Shown here in pieces: positions 25,301-35,577 of a stretch of 37,983 bases of DNA. The DNA is taken from NCBI GenBank assembly GCA_965213685.1, contig CBDBZY010000048.1:1-37983 (forward strand). Reading direction: 5' to 3'. The first letter of the stretch is position 1. Every line of letters begins with the position of its first letter. The notes under the pieces are model-generated. The model ran no database searches. It saw only the letters and a list, made by a program, of their open reading frames with translations, and was not told the origin of the DNA. Both the position numbers and the translations under genes were made by a program. The stretch comes from a bacterium. Lineage in GTDB: Bacteria; UBA8248.

Positions 25301-28300
25301 CCGGCCTCATTGAAGGAGTCGCGGCAGCGCCGGCGCCTGCAGCACCAGCAGCCGTATCCGGGGCATATACGCCCCGGCCTCATTGAAGGTGTATTGTTGG
25401 ATGTCGGCTTCCATCACGGGAGGGAGAGGTATCCGGGGCATATACGCCCCGGCCTCATTGAAGGCTTGCTGACCTTCCGAAATCCCCCATATATTCGCGA
25501 AGTATCCGGGGCATATACGCCCCGGCCTCATTGAAGGATGGGGGAGCCCGCCTAACGTCCTGAAAGACGGACTGTATCCGGGGCATATACGCCCCGGCCT
25601 CATTGAAGGTGATCGCTTTCCGGCTGAAAGTGACACACAACGCGGTTGTATCCGGGGCATATACGCCCCGGCCTCATTGAAGGGGATAGCCCGTCTCCAG
25701 GAAATCCTGATCCGATTCGGAGTATCCGGGGCATATACGCCCCGGCCTCATTGAAGGACCTCCGACCAAGGAATTGCCCACGCCCAGAGCCGACGTATCC
25801 GGGGCATATACGCCCCGGCCTCATTGAAGGCCTGACGCAGCGGGTCCATTCATCATCAGGTGGGGGCGTATCCGGGGCATATACGCCCCGGCCTCATTGA
25901 AGGGTATCGGGGTCCGAAAGGAGAACCCCCTGAAAGTCCCAGTATCCGGGGCATATACGCCCCGGCCTCATTGAAGGCTAGGCGCATGCACAACCACCAA
26001 ACCCACAACCTCACGGTATCCGGGGCATATACGCCCCGGCCTCATTGAAGGCCGTGTCAAGATGCCACGAACGTCCGTCAGGTATTCGTATCCGGGGCAT
26101 ATACGCCCCGGCCTCATTGAAGGCCGTCCGCCTCCGCGCGCACGGCCGCGTACATAGTATGTATCCGGGGCATATACGCCCCGGCCTCATTGAAGGACGG
26201 GGACCCGGGTTGCGCGCCTAGGAAAAGTCCGGGTATCCGGGGCATATACGCCCCGGCCTCATTGAAGGAGTTTTAGGGGTGGAGGACAGGCCGCCACCAA
26301 AAGAAGTATCCGGGGCATATACGCCCCGGCCTCATTGAAGGTAGAGGAAGGGCGTCTTGCTGCTACTAATCTCCGACCTGTATCCGGGGCATATACGCCC
26401 CGGCCTCATTGAAGGAATGGTCGACGTCTCACCACCACTCCCGAGCCGACAGCCGTATCCGGGGCATATACGCCCCGGCCTCATTGAAGGACGGGCTGCT
26501 GACGCAACAAACCGATCCGGCCGATCCGGTATCCGGGGCATATACGCCCCGGCCTCATTGAAGGGCAGCATCGGATTCCGAAACTGACCCGACCGACCCG
26601 AGTATCCGGGGCATATACGCCCCGGCCTCATTGAAGGTGAGGGGATTCGAAAAGAAGCGGTCAATGAACATCCCGGTATCCGGGGCATATACGCCCCGGC
26701 CTCATTGAAGGGCATCCCATTTCCCTAAGTCTTTCAGCTAGGTGCCTCGTATCCGGGGCATATACGCCCCGGCCTCATTGAAGGGCATCCCATTTCCCTA
26801 AGTCTTTCAGCTAGGTGCCTCGTATCCGGGGCATATACGCCCCGGCCTCATTGAAGGGCACCGCAGTAGCTGGTGTTCTCGACAAGGTGACGAAGTATCC
26901 GGGGCATATACGCCCCGGCCTCATTGAAGGGCGTCTCATCTGCGACTGGGTGGGTCTGGGGAGGCCCGTATCCGGGGCATATACGCCCCGGCCTCATTGA
27001 AGGATCAGCGATCGGAAAAACCAAAATTCGGGCGTCCGCCGTATCCGGGGCATATACGCCCCGGCCTCATTGAAGGATCAGCGATCGGAAAAACCAAAAT
27101 TCGGGCGTCCGCCGTATCCGGGGCATATACGCCCCGGCCTCATTGAAGGTAGAGGAAGGGCGTCTTGCTGCTACTAATCTCCGACCTGTATCCGGGGCAT
27201 ATACGCCCCGGCCTCATTGAAGGAGTTCCGGAGCAGGAACGTGAAAAGATACCAACGGAGTATCCGGGGCATATACGCCCCGGCCTCATTGAAGGCTCGA
27301 TCTTGGCTCCTTGAAGGCGCCCGCTTGATGGTATCCGGGGCATATACGCCCCGGCCTCATTGAAGCCTGTCGAGGGGTCAATCCTGACCAGCTCGGTATC
27401 CGAAGCATCCGGGGCATAAACGCCCCGGCCTCATTGAAGCCGAGCCGTAGACACTCCGAATATCCCCTCCGCAATCGGCATCCGGGGCATAAACGCCCCG
27501 GCCTCATTGAAGCCTCGAGGGAGAAGGGGAGTGGAAACCGCTCGAGGAGCATCCGGGGCATAAACGCCCCGGCCTCATTGAAGCTTCTATGCGGATGCTG
27601 ACCAGTCCGGCGTCTCCGCCGCAATCCGGGGCATATACGCCCCGGCCTCATTGAAGCGCAGCACCTCACTCAGCTCGACTATCACGCTATCTAGCAATCC
27701 GGGGCATATACGCCCCGGCCTCATTGAAGCGTCGTGTTGCCCCCACTCCCCCCGCACTTTGTGGAGCGGCAATCCGGGGCATATACGCCCCGGCCTCATT
27801 GAAGCGTCGTGTTGCCCCCACTCCCCCCGCACTTTGTGGAGCGGCAATCCGGGGCATATACGCCCCGGCCTCATTGAAGCGCGCGGGGTGCGGTCTCTCA
27901 CCATTCCGGCGGGAGAGGGGCAATCCGGGGCATATACGCCCCGGCCTCATTGAAGGCAGGTATCGCATCGTGTCGCGATGGGGCGGGTCCTCGGCACAGC
28001 ATCCGGGGCATATACGCCCCGGCCTCATTGAAGGGTCATTTATGATCCGGTGCCATTCCCACTCCTTGGGGGCATCCGGGGCATATACGCCCCGGCCTCA
28101 TTGAAGGTCGAGCGATATGCGCGTCAATTCGCGATACTTGCGGCATCCGGGGCATATACGCCCCGGCCTCATTGAAGCGGCGCGGTCTCGGAGACGTTCA
28201 TGGTCGCGCGCCGGGCATCCGGGGCATATACGCCCCGGCCTTATTGAAGCCTCCGCCTGGTACCTGTAGAGTTTGCGGCGGCCGTACAGCATCCGGGGAC

Positions 28301-28400
28301 AGACATGCCCCGGCCTCATTGAAGGTTATATCATAGCCCGCCGGCGCGTTCGGAGAACGGGAATGCATCCGGGGCAGACACGCCCCGGCCTCATTGAAGC
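16385..28400 (+). CRISPR. Type I-G CRISPR array: 164 repeats / 163 spacers (hand count), 36-bp repeat G(C/T)ATCCGGGGCATATACGCCCCGGCCTCATTGAAG(G/C/A), spacers about 35-42 nt
   Basis: Regular repeat-spacer period of about 73 nt. 7-bp stem CCGGGGC/GCCCCGG and ATTGAAG 3' end. Trailer repeats at 28215, 28289 and 28365 are diverged. Confidence 0.99.
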
Positions 28401-28556
28401 GGGCAGGAGCATGGTCGTGAAGACGTGCGCTCTCCACGATCCCGGCCGGATGGCGCGGCTCAAGAAACAGCGGAGGTCGTTCTTGCGCAACGGTCCATCT
28501 CGCCTACTTGCCGGAAACACCCGCGTGCCGGATGCCTTCCTCGCGGCGGCAGCGGC

Positions 28557-30689
28557 ATGAGCGGCACGACCGAAGCCTTCGCGCGCGTCCAGATCAACGC
28601 CCTGCTCCAGGACGCCGGCTGGAACCTGACCGACGGCGTGAGCGTCCTGTACGAGCATGCGCTGCCGGACGGCACGTTGGCCGACTATGTGCTCTGCGAC
28701 CGGCAGGGCCGGCCGATGGCGGTACTGGAGGCCAAGCGCGAAAGCACCGATCCGATCGCGGCACAAGAGCAGGGACGGCACTACGCCGAACAGCTCGGCG
28801 TGCCGTTCGTCTTCTTATCGAACGGCGAGGAAGTGCGGTTCCTCGACCGCGAGACGGACGCCCACTCCCGCGAGATCGCGGGCTTCTATGCCCAGGACGA
28901 CCTGGAGCGGCGGATCGCCGCGCGGCGGATTCGCCGCGACCTCGCCGACCTCGCCATCGACCGCAGGATCGTCGACCGCGGCTATCAGATCGAGTGCATC
29001 GAGGCGCTGTCCGCCGAAGTCTCGCGCGGTCGGCGCAAACTGCTGGTCGAGATGGCGACGGGGACCGGCAAGACGCGCACGGCGGCGGCCTTCGTCAAGC
29101 GGCTGTTCGAGGCGGGGGTCGTCACCCGCATCCTGTTCCTGGTTGACCGCATAGCGCTGGCGCGCCAGGCCGAGGACGCGTTCACCGACCATCTGCGGGA
29201 CTATCCCTGCCACGTGTTGCGGCCCGGCCGCGTCTTCGACCGCGCGAAACGCATCACGATAGCGACCCTGCAGACCATGATCGCGGAATACCGCGCACTC
29301 TCGCCAGGATACTTCGACCTCGTCATCACCGACGAATGCCACCGCTCGATCTACGGGGAGTGGAGCGGCGTGCTGCGGCGCTTCGACGGCATCCAGCTCG
29401 GCCTGACGGCCACTCCGTGCGCGGCGGACGCCGACGCGCTCCCCGATCCCGAGGACGGGCGGTTCGTTCGGGACACGCTGCGTTTCTTCGAGCTTGCCGA
29501 ACCCACCTATCGCTACACGCTCCGCCAGGCCATCGGGGAGGGCCATCTCGTGCCCTACCGCATCTACCGGGCGATGACGGTGAAGACCGCCGCCGGGGAC
29601 GGGTTCGAGGTGCGGCGGGAGGAGCTCGACTGGACGGCGATGGACGCGGCCACCCGGGAGGAGTTCGAGGCGCTGTTCGCAACCTCGGATACGATCAAGG
29701 TGGACCCCCGGGCGCTGGAACGAAAATTCACCATCCCCGAGCGCAACCGCGCCCTGGTGCGGGAGTTCCGCGACGCGCAGGAGAAGGGTTTCACGGGCAG
29801 GGACGGGGTTCGGCGCCGGCCCGCCCGGGGCAAGACCATCGTGTTCGCGGTGACCCGGCGCCACGCCGAGACGCTGGCGGAGATGTTCGACCTGCATTTC
29901 GCGGACATGAAGCCACGCCCCGCCGTGCGCTACGCCGATTTCGTGGTGAGCGATGCGGGCGGCGGCCCCGCACCTGATGCGAGCGCCATCATCCAGCGTT
30001 TCAAGGATGAGGAATATCCGCAGATACTCGTCAGCGTGAACATGCTCGACACCGGCTTCGATTGCCCGGAGGTGGTCAACCTCGTCATGGCGCGGTTCAC
30101 GCGCAGCGCCATCCTCTACCGGCAGATGCGCGGGCGGGGCACGCGCAAGGCGCCGCACATCGGCAAGACCGGGTTCACGATATTCGATTTCGTGGGAGTG
30201 ACGGACTTCCACGGCGACGACGACGCGGAGGGCGAGGGCGGCCCGATCCGCGAGGGGGGCCGCCCGCCCGGCCCCGGCGATCCCCGCATGCTGCTGACCC
30301 TCGACGTGGACGACCACATCGACCCGGCGAGCCGCGACTGGCTGACGCTCGACGAGACGGGCCGCATCGTGCGCACGCCGGAGCACGAAGCGCGCGCCGC
30401 CGAGGTCGGCCTGCGCGTCGAGGCGTGGCGCGGGGAGCACGAAGAGTTCGGCGCGGAGCAGGCAAGATGGGCGGGCCTGATCGGCAGTCGGGTGAGGGCT
30501 GACGCGATGAATCTGGAGGCGTTCGGCAGATGGGATTTTGACGAACATCCCTTCGATGCGCTCGGCGGCTACGACCAGGCGCGGCGCGTGTTCGGCGGGG
30601 AGGAGTCGCTCGGCCGGCTGATTGCCGGGTTCAATGCGGCGGTGTTCGGGGGGAGGCCGGCGGCAGGCGGCCGCGCGGGGGAGCGGTGA
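28557..30689 (+). CDS. hsdR: Type I restriction enzyme R subunit
   Basis: ADYVL...VLEAK nuclease motif, RGYQ, MATGTGKT, LFLVDR, DECHRS, GLTATP, KTIVFA, SVNMLDTGFD and QMRGRGTR. Start ATG 28557 (MSGTTEAFAR). Confidence 0.92.
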   Translation: MSGTTEAFARVQINALLQDAGWNLTDGVSVLYEHALPDGTLADYVLCDRQGRPMAVLEAKRESTDPIAAQEQGRHYAEQLGVPFVFLSNGEEVRFLDRETDAHSREIAGFYAQDDLERRIAARRIRRDLADLAIDRRIVDRGYQIECIEALSAEVSRGRRKLLVEMATGTGKTRTAAAFVKRLFEAGVVTRILFLVDRIALARQAEDAFTDHLRDYPCHVLRPGRVFDRAKRITIATLQTMIAEYRALSPGYFDLVITDECHRSIYGEWSGVLRRFDGIQLGLTATPCAADADALPDPEDGRFVRDTLRFFELAEPTYRYTLRQAIGEGHLVPYRIYRAMTVKTAAGDGFEVRREELDWTAMDAATREEFEALFATSDTIKVDPRALERKFTIPERNRALVREFRDAQEKGFTGRDGVRRRPARGKTIVFAVTRRHAETLAEMFDLHFADMKPRPAVRYADFVVSDAGGGPAPDASAIIQRFKDEEYPQILVSVNMLDTGFDCPEVVNLVMARFTRSAILYRQMRGRGTRKAPHIGKTGFTIFDFVGVTDFHGDDDAEGEGGPIREGGRPPGPGDPRMLLTLDVDDHIDPASRDWLTLDETGRIVRTPEHEARAAEVGLRVEAWRGEHEEFGAEQARWAGLIGSRVRADAMNLEAFGRWDFDEHPFDALGGYDQARRVFGGEESLGRLIAGFNAAVFGGRPAAGGRAGER

Positions 30690-30693
30690 CGGC

Positions 30694-32327
30694 ATGCCCA
30701 TGACGCCCGAGCTGCGGGGCGGCGTCGACCGGGTGCGCGACTACCTGTTCGGCGGCGGCTATCCGAACCCGGTCCAGAACGCCGAACAGCTCAGCTTCCT
30801 GATCTACTTCTACATGTATGAGGCGGCGGACGCGGCGCGGGTGCGCGCGGCGCAGCGGCCGGGCGCCGCACCGTACGTCAGCGCGTTCGATGGCGAATGG
30901 CTCTTGCGCGACCCGCGAAACGCCCGCGAGCCCGGCGCGGCGACGGCACGGCGCGAACGCCTGCGCTGGTCCTCCTGGGCGCATGCGCTCAACGGCGAGC
31001 GGCTGGTCAACTGGGTGCGCGAGGAAGTGTTTCCGTTCCACGCAGAGCTTGCGGCGAGGGGCGCCACCGACTTCATGGACGGCGCCCGGCTGGTCATCGA
31101 CGAGCCGACCGTGCTCACCCAGGTCGTCAGCCAGTTGAACGACCTGCGTCTCGACCGGGTGGACGCCGACACCAAGGGCGACCTGTTCGAGCACGTGCTG
31201 CGCCAGATCCGGCAGTCGGGCGAGCTCGGCCAGTTCCGCACGCCCCGCCACGTCATCCGCGCGCTTGTCCGGCTCGTCGACCCCCGCCTGGGCGAGACCG
31301 TCTGCGACCCGGCGGCGGGGACGGGCGGCTTCCTGGTCGGGGCGTGGGACCACGTCCGGCTCGCCAACTCCTCGCCCGACGGGATCGAGGAGGTCGAAGC
31401 GGAGGGCAAGACAGTCCGGCGCGGCCTCGCCGACAAGTTGAAGCCCGACGAGATGAAGCGGTTGCGGGAGGAGACGTTCTACGGCGCCGACGTGGACCCG
31501 CAGATGGTCCGGCTCGCCACCATGAACTTGACCCTGCGCGGCCTCGACCGGGTGCGCATCCTGCGCCGAGACGCGCTCACCCGTCCTCTCGACCGGGCGG
31601 CGAAGGAGGAACTCGGCCTGCCGGCGCGCGGCTTCGACGTCATCCTCGCCAATCCCCCCTTCTCCGGCCGGCTGGACAGGGACCGCATCGTCGAGGAGGT
31701 GAGGGTCGGGCGGACGGCACAGACCGAGCTCCTGTTCCTGCAATACATGCTCAACCACCTGAAAGACGGCGGACGCTGCGGCGTCGTGGTGCCCGAGGGC
31801 GTGCTGTTCGGCTCCACCGGCGCGCACCGGGAGTTGCGCCGCCGGCTGGTCGAGAACAACACCGTCGAGGCGGTGCTGTCGCTGCCCGCCGGCGTCTTCA
31901 ACCCCTATTCCGGCGTCAAGACCTCGGCGCTCGTTTTTCGCAAGGGTGGCGCGACGGAGCGCGTCATGTTCCTCCACGCCGAGAACGACGGCTTCAAACT
32001 CGACGCCAACCACGACCAGCCGATCCAGGAAGACGACCTGCCCGGGCTGATCGCGGCGTTCCGCGATCGGGGGGGGGGGGGCGATGGGCCGCATGGCGGG
32101 ACCGGGACACGGACGCCGAGTGGACCGAAAACTGGTGGTTCGCCTGCGCCGACGCCATCCGCGCCGCCGATTTCAACCTGAGCGCAGGACGCCATCGCCC
32201 GCAGAACCGGGCGAAGGTGGAGCACCGCGACCCTCTCGAAATCCTCGGCGAGCTGCGAGCGATTGAGACGGAAATCCTGGGCGAGATCGACAAACTGGCC
32301 GAGGCGGTGCGGGAGGCGGGGGAATGA
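30694..32327 (+). CDS. hsdM: Type I RM methyltransferase subunit, out of frame at a G13 tract
   Basis: GDLFEHVL, GQFRTPRH, DPAAGTGGFL (motif I), ANPPF (motif IV) and VVPEGVLF. The C-terminus FNLSAGRHRP...DPLEILGELRAIETEI...AGE* lies in another frame after 32069-32081 and stops at 32327. Confidence 0.92.
32069..32081 (+). repeat. G13 homopolymer in hsdM
   Basis: Read directly. G11 or G14 would restore the frame. Confidence 0.85.
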
Positions 32328-32400
32328 GCAGGCATTTTTTGTTCCGATTTGGCTGGTCGATGATCGACTGTCCACAGCCCAATCGTCTCTGGTGCGCGTG

Positions 32401-33771
32401 ATGGCGGCGGGCAATGATCAAACGCAACGCATCCGCGACCCGGTCCACGGGCTCATCGTATTTGGCAGAAGTGGCGACAAGCACCGAGACGAGACGGACC
32501 GGATCGCATGGCGTTTGCTCAACACGCCCGAGTTCCAGCGGTTGCGTCGCATTCGCCAGTTGGGCTTCTCCGATCTGGTCTTTCCGGGTGCGACGCACAG
32601 CCGTTTCGCCCACAGCATCGGCGTCTACCACACCGCGCGCCGGCTCGCCGAAGTGATCGCGCGCCAGCAGGGGGAGAGGCACTCCGATCGCGAACGCGTT
32701 GCGCTTCTCGCCGCCCTCTTGCACGATGTCGGACACGGGCCGTTCAGCCATGCATTTGAGGTTGCGGCCCAAGCGGCGGGTTCGCCTAAAAAACGTCACG
32801 AGGGCTGGGGTGCCGAGATTATCCGAGGCGACACAGGGGTCAACCGCGTCTTACGGGAAGTGGACGATACGTTGCCGGAGGTGATCTGCGGGTTGCTGAA
32901 GGAGGAGGAACCCAAGGACATCTACGCCACTATCGTCTCAAGCCAGTTCGACGCTGACCGGCTCGACTACATCCAGCGGGACAGGATGGCGACCGGCGTC
33001 GAGTTTGGGCACGTCGATCAGGATTGGCTGTTCGATTGCATGGAAGTTGGAAAGGTCACCATTGGCAGAGAAGATCCGCACGAGGCGCCGTGCCTCTATC
33101 TTGGTTGGAAGGGCTTGTCCGTGGCCGAGGAATATCTGGAAGCGCGGTTCCGGCTTTACCAGATGGTTTATATGCACAAGACGACCCGGTCTGCCGAGAA
33201 GATGCTGGAGGCGTTGCTGGAGGATGTTGCGGAAGAAGCGAAGACCGAAGATTTGCATCCTGAGCAAAAGGAACCGGTATCGCGCTATCTAGCGTTGAAA
33301 ACCCCATCTCTTGGCGCCTATATCGATCTTGACGACGCGGTCGCTTGGGCCGCTATATTGGAATTTGCCAAACGACCGAATCAGCGGACAAAGACATTGG
33401 CGCGGCGCCTGCGGGACCGTGAACTCTATAAGTGCGTCGACATCGGCGTCCTCGATGACCCCGGCGGCAACCTGTATCGCCGTGTCCGACGCGAACTAAA
33501 TGAGCGCCCGATTGAGGAGCAAGGTTGCCTTTTGTTCGATGACGCAACGGTTGTTAAAGCTTACGAGTGGTACGATTTTGACGATGCTTCGGCGCTCAAC
33601 AAGGTTCTCTTGAAGACGCCATCGGACTCGGACGGACATGAGCCGAAGGACATTGCCACCATATCGCCTATCGTCAAAACTCTTCAGGAAAAGCGTATCC
33701 AGCGCGTTTATGCGCCTGATTCGGGTATAGCTCAGAGACTTCGAGAAATCATCGAGGAGGTCAGAAGATGA
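32401..33771 (+). CDS. HD-domain phosphohydrolase, SAMHD1/YwfO-like (putative dNTP triphosphohydrolase)
   Basis: IRDPVHG, TPEFQRLRRIRQLG, FPGATHSRFAHSIG, LLHDVGHGPFSHAFE, FDADRLDY and VYMHKT. Likely start ATG 32401. Confidence 0.9.
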   Translation: MAAGNDQTQRIRDPVHGLIVFGRSGDKHRDETDRIAWRLLNTPEFQRLRRIRQLGFSDLVFPGATHSRFAHSIGVYHTARRLAEVIARQQGERHSDRERVALLAALLHDVGHGPFSHAFEVAAQAAGSPKKRHEGWGAEIIRGDTGVNRVLREVDDTLPEVICGLLKEEEPKDIYATIVSSQFDADRLDYIQRDRMATGVEFGHVDQDWLFDCMEVGKVTIGREDPHEAPCLYLGWKGLSVAEEYLEARFRLYQMVYMHKTTRSAEKMLEALLEDVAEEAKTEDLHPEQKEPVSRYLALKTPSLGAYIDLDDAVAWAAILEFAKRPNQRTKTLARRLRDRELYKCVDIGVLDDPGGNLYRRVRRELNERPIEEQGCLLFDDATVVKAYEWYDFDDASALNKVLLKTPSDSDGHEPKDIATISPIVKTLQEKRIQRVYAPDSGIAQRLREIIEEVRR

Positions 33772-34319
33772 ACTCCGCGGATATTGTTGTTAATCTGATC
33801 AAACTGAATGGCGGAGAACTAGTTGGGCGTACCAGGCTGCAAAAATGCGCCTACCTTCTGCATCGCTGCGGGGCGAATTTCGATCTGGCCTTTGTCTATC
33901 ATCACTATGGCCCGTATTCCTTTGATCTCGCCGCCGGATGCACCGATGCCCTATCGGAAGATTATATCAAGAGCGAAGAAAAAGTCGGCCGGCACGGCGT
34001 GCCCTATGCGATCTTCATATCCAAGGAAGAAAGATCCAAGGAAGATGCCGATCCACCGCAGCCTCTCGGTGCGTTGTCCGCGGCAAAGGCTGACTCCCTG
34101 ATCCAGAAGATGCAAAAAGTCACGGACATCGTGCTCGAACTCGCCGCGACCATCGTTTTTCTGCGCGACGAATGGGACTACTACGGGAAAGGCAAGGTCG
34201 ACCCGGTCGAGGAGACGAAGGCCCGCAAGCCGCTGAAAGCGACGCCCGAACGCATCGAGAAGGCGCGTGCTCTGATCCGCGCTCTCGGTCTGGAAGGTGA
34301 GGTAGCGTCGGCGAGATGA
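33768..34319 (+). CDS. YwgA-like protein (similar to DUF4065/Panacea and DarG C-terminal antitoxin-type domains)
   Basis: GRTRLQKCAYLL, F.YHHYGPYSFDL and LELAATIVFL. ATGA overlaps with both the HD gene and hsdS. Confidence 0.75.
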   Translation: MNSADIVVNLIKLNGGELVGRTRLQKCAYLLHRCGANFDLAFVYHHYGPYSFDLAAGCTDALSEDYIKSEEKVGRHGVPYAIFISKEERSKEDADPPQPLGALSAAKADSLIQKMQKVTDIVLELAATIVFLRDEWDYYGKGKVDPVEETKARKPLKATPERIEKARALIRALGLEGEVASAR

Positions 34320-35476
34320 ACACACATGCCCGAGTTCCTCTCGGGGAAGTCTGTACCATCGTCGGCGGCGGTACTCCTCGGCGTAGCAACCCGACCTACT
34401 TTGGGGGCGCTATCCCTTGGGCGACGCCGACCGATGTGACGGCACTCGATTCCCTCTTTATCGAGCGAACAAAGGAAACGATCACAGAGCTTGGTTTGGG
34501 TGAAAGCAGCGCACGGTTGCTACCTGCTGGAACTGTCTTGATGACGAGCAGAGCCACTATTGGCTACACGGCGATCACAACTCGGCCTATGGCGACTAAC
34601 CAAGGCTTTGCCAACCTGATCTGTAGCGAACATGTCATGCCGGAGTATCTCGCATATTGGCTTCGCCACCAGCGTGAGCGCCTGATCCAGCTCGCCGGGG
34701 GAACTACCTTTAGGGAACTTCCGAAATCTACCCTCAAGAATGTCCTCATCCCCCTCCCGCCACTCGACGAGCAGCGGCGGATCGTCGGCGTCCTGAACCG
34801 GGCGGCGCAGATCGAGCGGTTGCGGGTGGGGGCGCAGGAGCGGTTGCGGGAATTCATCCCCGCGCTGTTCGCCAAGATGTTCGGCGATCCGGTGGAGAAC
34901 CCGATGGGGTGGGAGGTCGCGGCCCTTGGTGATTTGTGCGACGTAAATATTGGAAGAACCCCGCCTCGCAAAGAGTCACGGTATTGGGGAGGAACGCATC
35001 CGTGGGCCACCATCCGTGATCTTGACGGAAGCACTCTGATGTCTACGGCACAGGGCATAACAGATGATGCAGTAAACGAAGTAATGCCAATTCCAGTTGA
35101 ACCGGACACACTGTTGTTCAGTTTCAAGTTAAGTATCGGAAAAATGGCATTCGCAGGTCGAAGTATGTACCACAACGAGGCCATCGCTGCCCTTCCGATT
35201 CGTAATTGCAAGGCACTTGACCGAGAGTTTCTGTTCTACGCACTCAAGGCAAAAACCCACGAGGAAGGGGCGAATGACGCAGTTCTCGGAAAAGTGCTGA
35301 ACAAACGCAAAGTAGAAGAAATCCAAATCCCCCTCCCGCCGCTTGACAGGCAGCGACGATTTGCGGAGGTCGCGGGGAAGGCGCAGGCCGCCGTCGCGCG
35401 CGCGGACGCCGGAACGCGAACCGCCTCGAGTCTCACCGCCTCCCTCCTGTCCCGCCTGTTGGAAGACGGCGCATGA
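34316..35476 (+). CDS. hsdS: Type I RM specificity subunit (two TRDs)
   Basis: LGEVC...GGGTP, TSRATIG, TNQGF, IPLPPLDEQRRIV, FAKMFGDP..NPMGW, second TRD GRTP...FKLSIGK...HNEAI, and IPLPPLDRQRRF. Confidence 0.95.
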   Translation: MNTHARVPLGEVCTIVGGGTPRRSNPTYFGGAIPWATPTDVTALDSLFIERTKETITELGLGESSARLLPAGTVLMTSRATIGYTAITTRPMATNQGFANLICSEHVMPEYLAYWLRHQRERLIQLAGGTTFRELPKSTLKNVLIPLPPLDEQRRIVGVLNRAAQIERLRVGAQERLREFIPALFAKMFGDPVENPMGWEVAALGDLCDVNIGRTPPRKESRYWGGTHPWATIRDLDGSTLMSTAQGITDDAVNEVMPIPVEPDTLLFSFKLSIGKMAFAGRSMYHNEAIAALPIRNCKALDREFLFYALKAKTHEEGANDAVLGKVLNKRKVEEIQIPLPPLDRQRRFAEVAGKAQAAVARADAGTRTASSLTASLLSRLLEDGA

Positions 35477-35577
35477 CCGACATTGTGGACAGGGAGAGAG
35501 GAAGCGGGCTGGTGGCGAGGATTCGCGGACGCAGAACTGCGCCCGAACTCAGCCGTCCGCCGCATCGCCCGCCGGCA

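Noticed and set aside
28326-28364. Trailer spacer possibly targeting the cas promoter (shared ATTCCCGT at 7334-7341)
   Set aside because: An 8-nt match at the PAM-distal end, with no seed match. I saw no convincing self-targeting spacer within the window, though this was checked only by eye.
16364-28437. Dozens of ORFs containing HPGHIRPGLIE, MRPGRICPG or IRGIYAPASLK
   Set aside because: These are translations of the CRISPR repeat, not genes.
32263-32400. N-terminal extension of the HD ORF, and a 12-codon ORF at 32324-32362
   Set aside because: The extension overlaps the corrected hsdM end, and family similarity begins only after ATG 32401. The mini-ORF has no other support.
32368-35492. 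CTGTCCACA / TGTGGACAG inverted 9-mers flanking HD-partner-hsdS as possible inversion sites
   Set aside because: Too short, cannot be extended, and there is no recombinase or second hsdS in the window.
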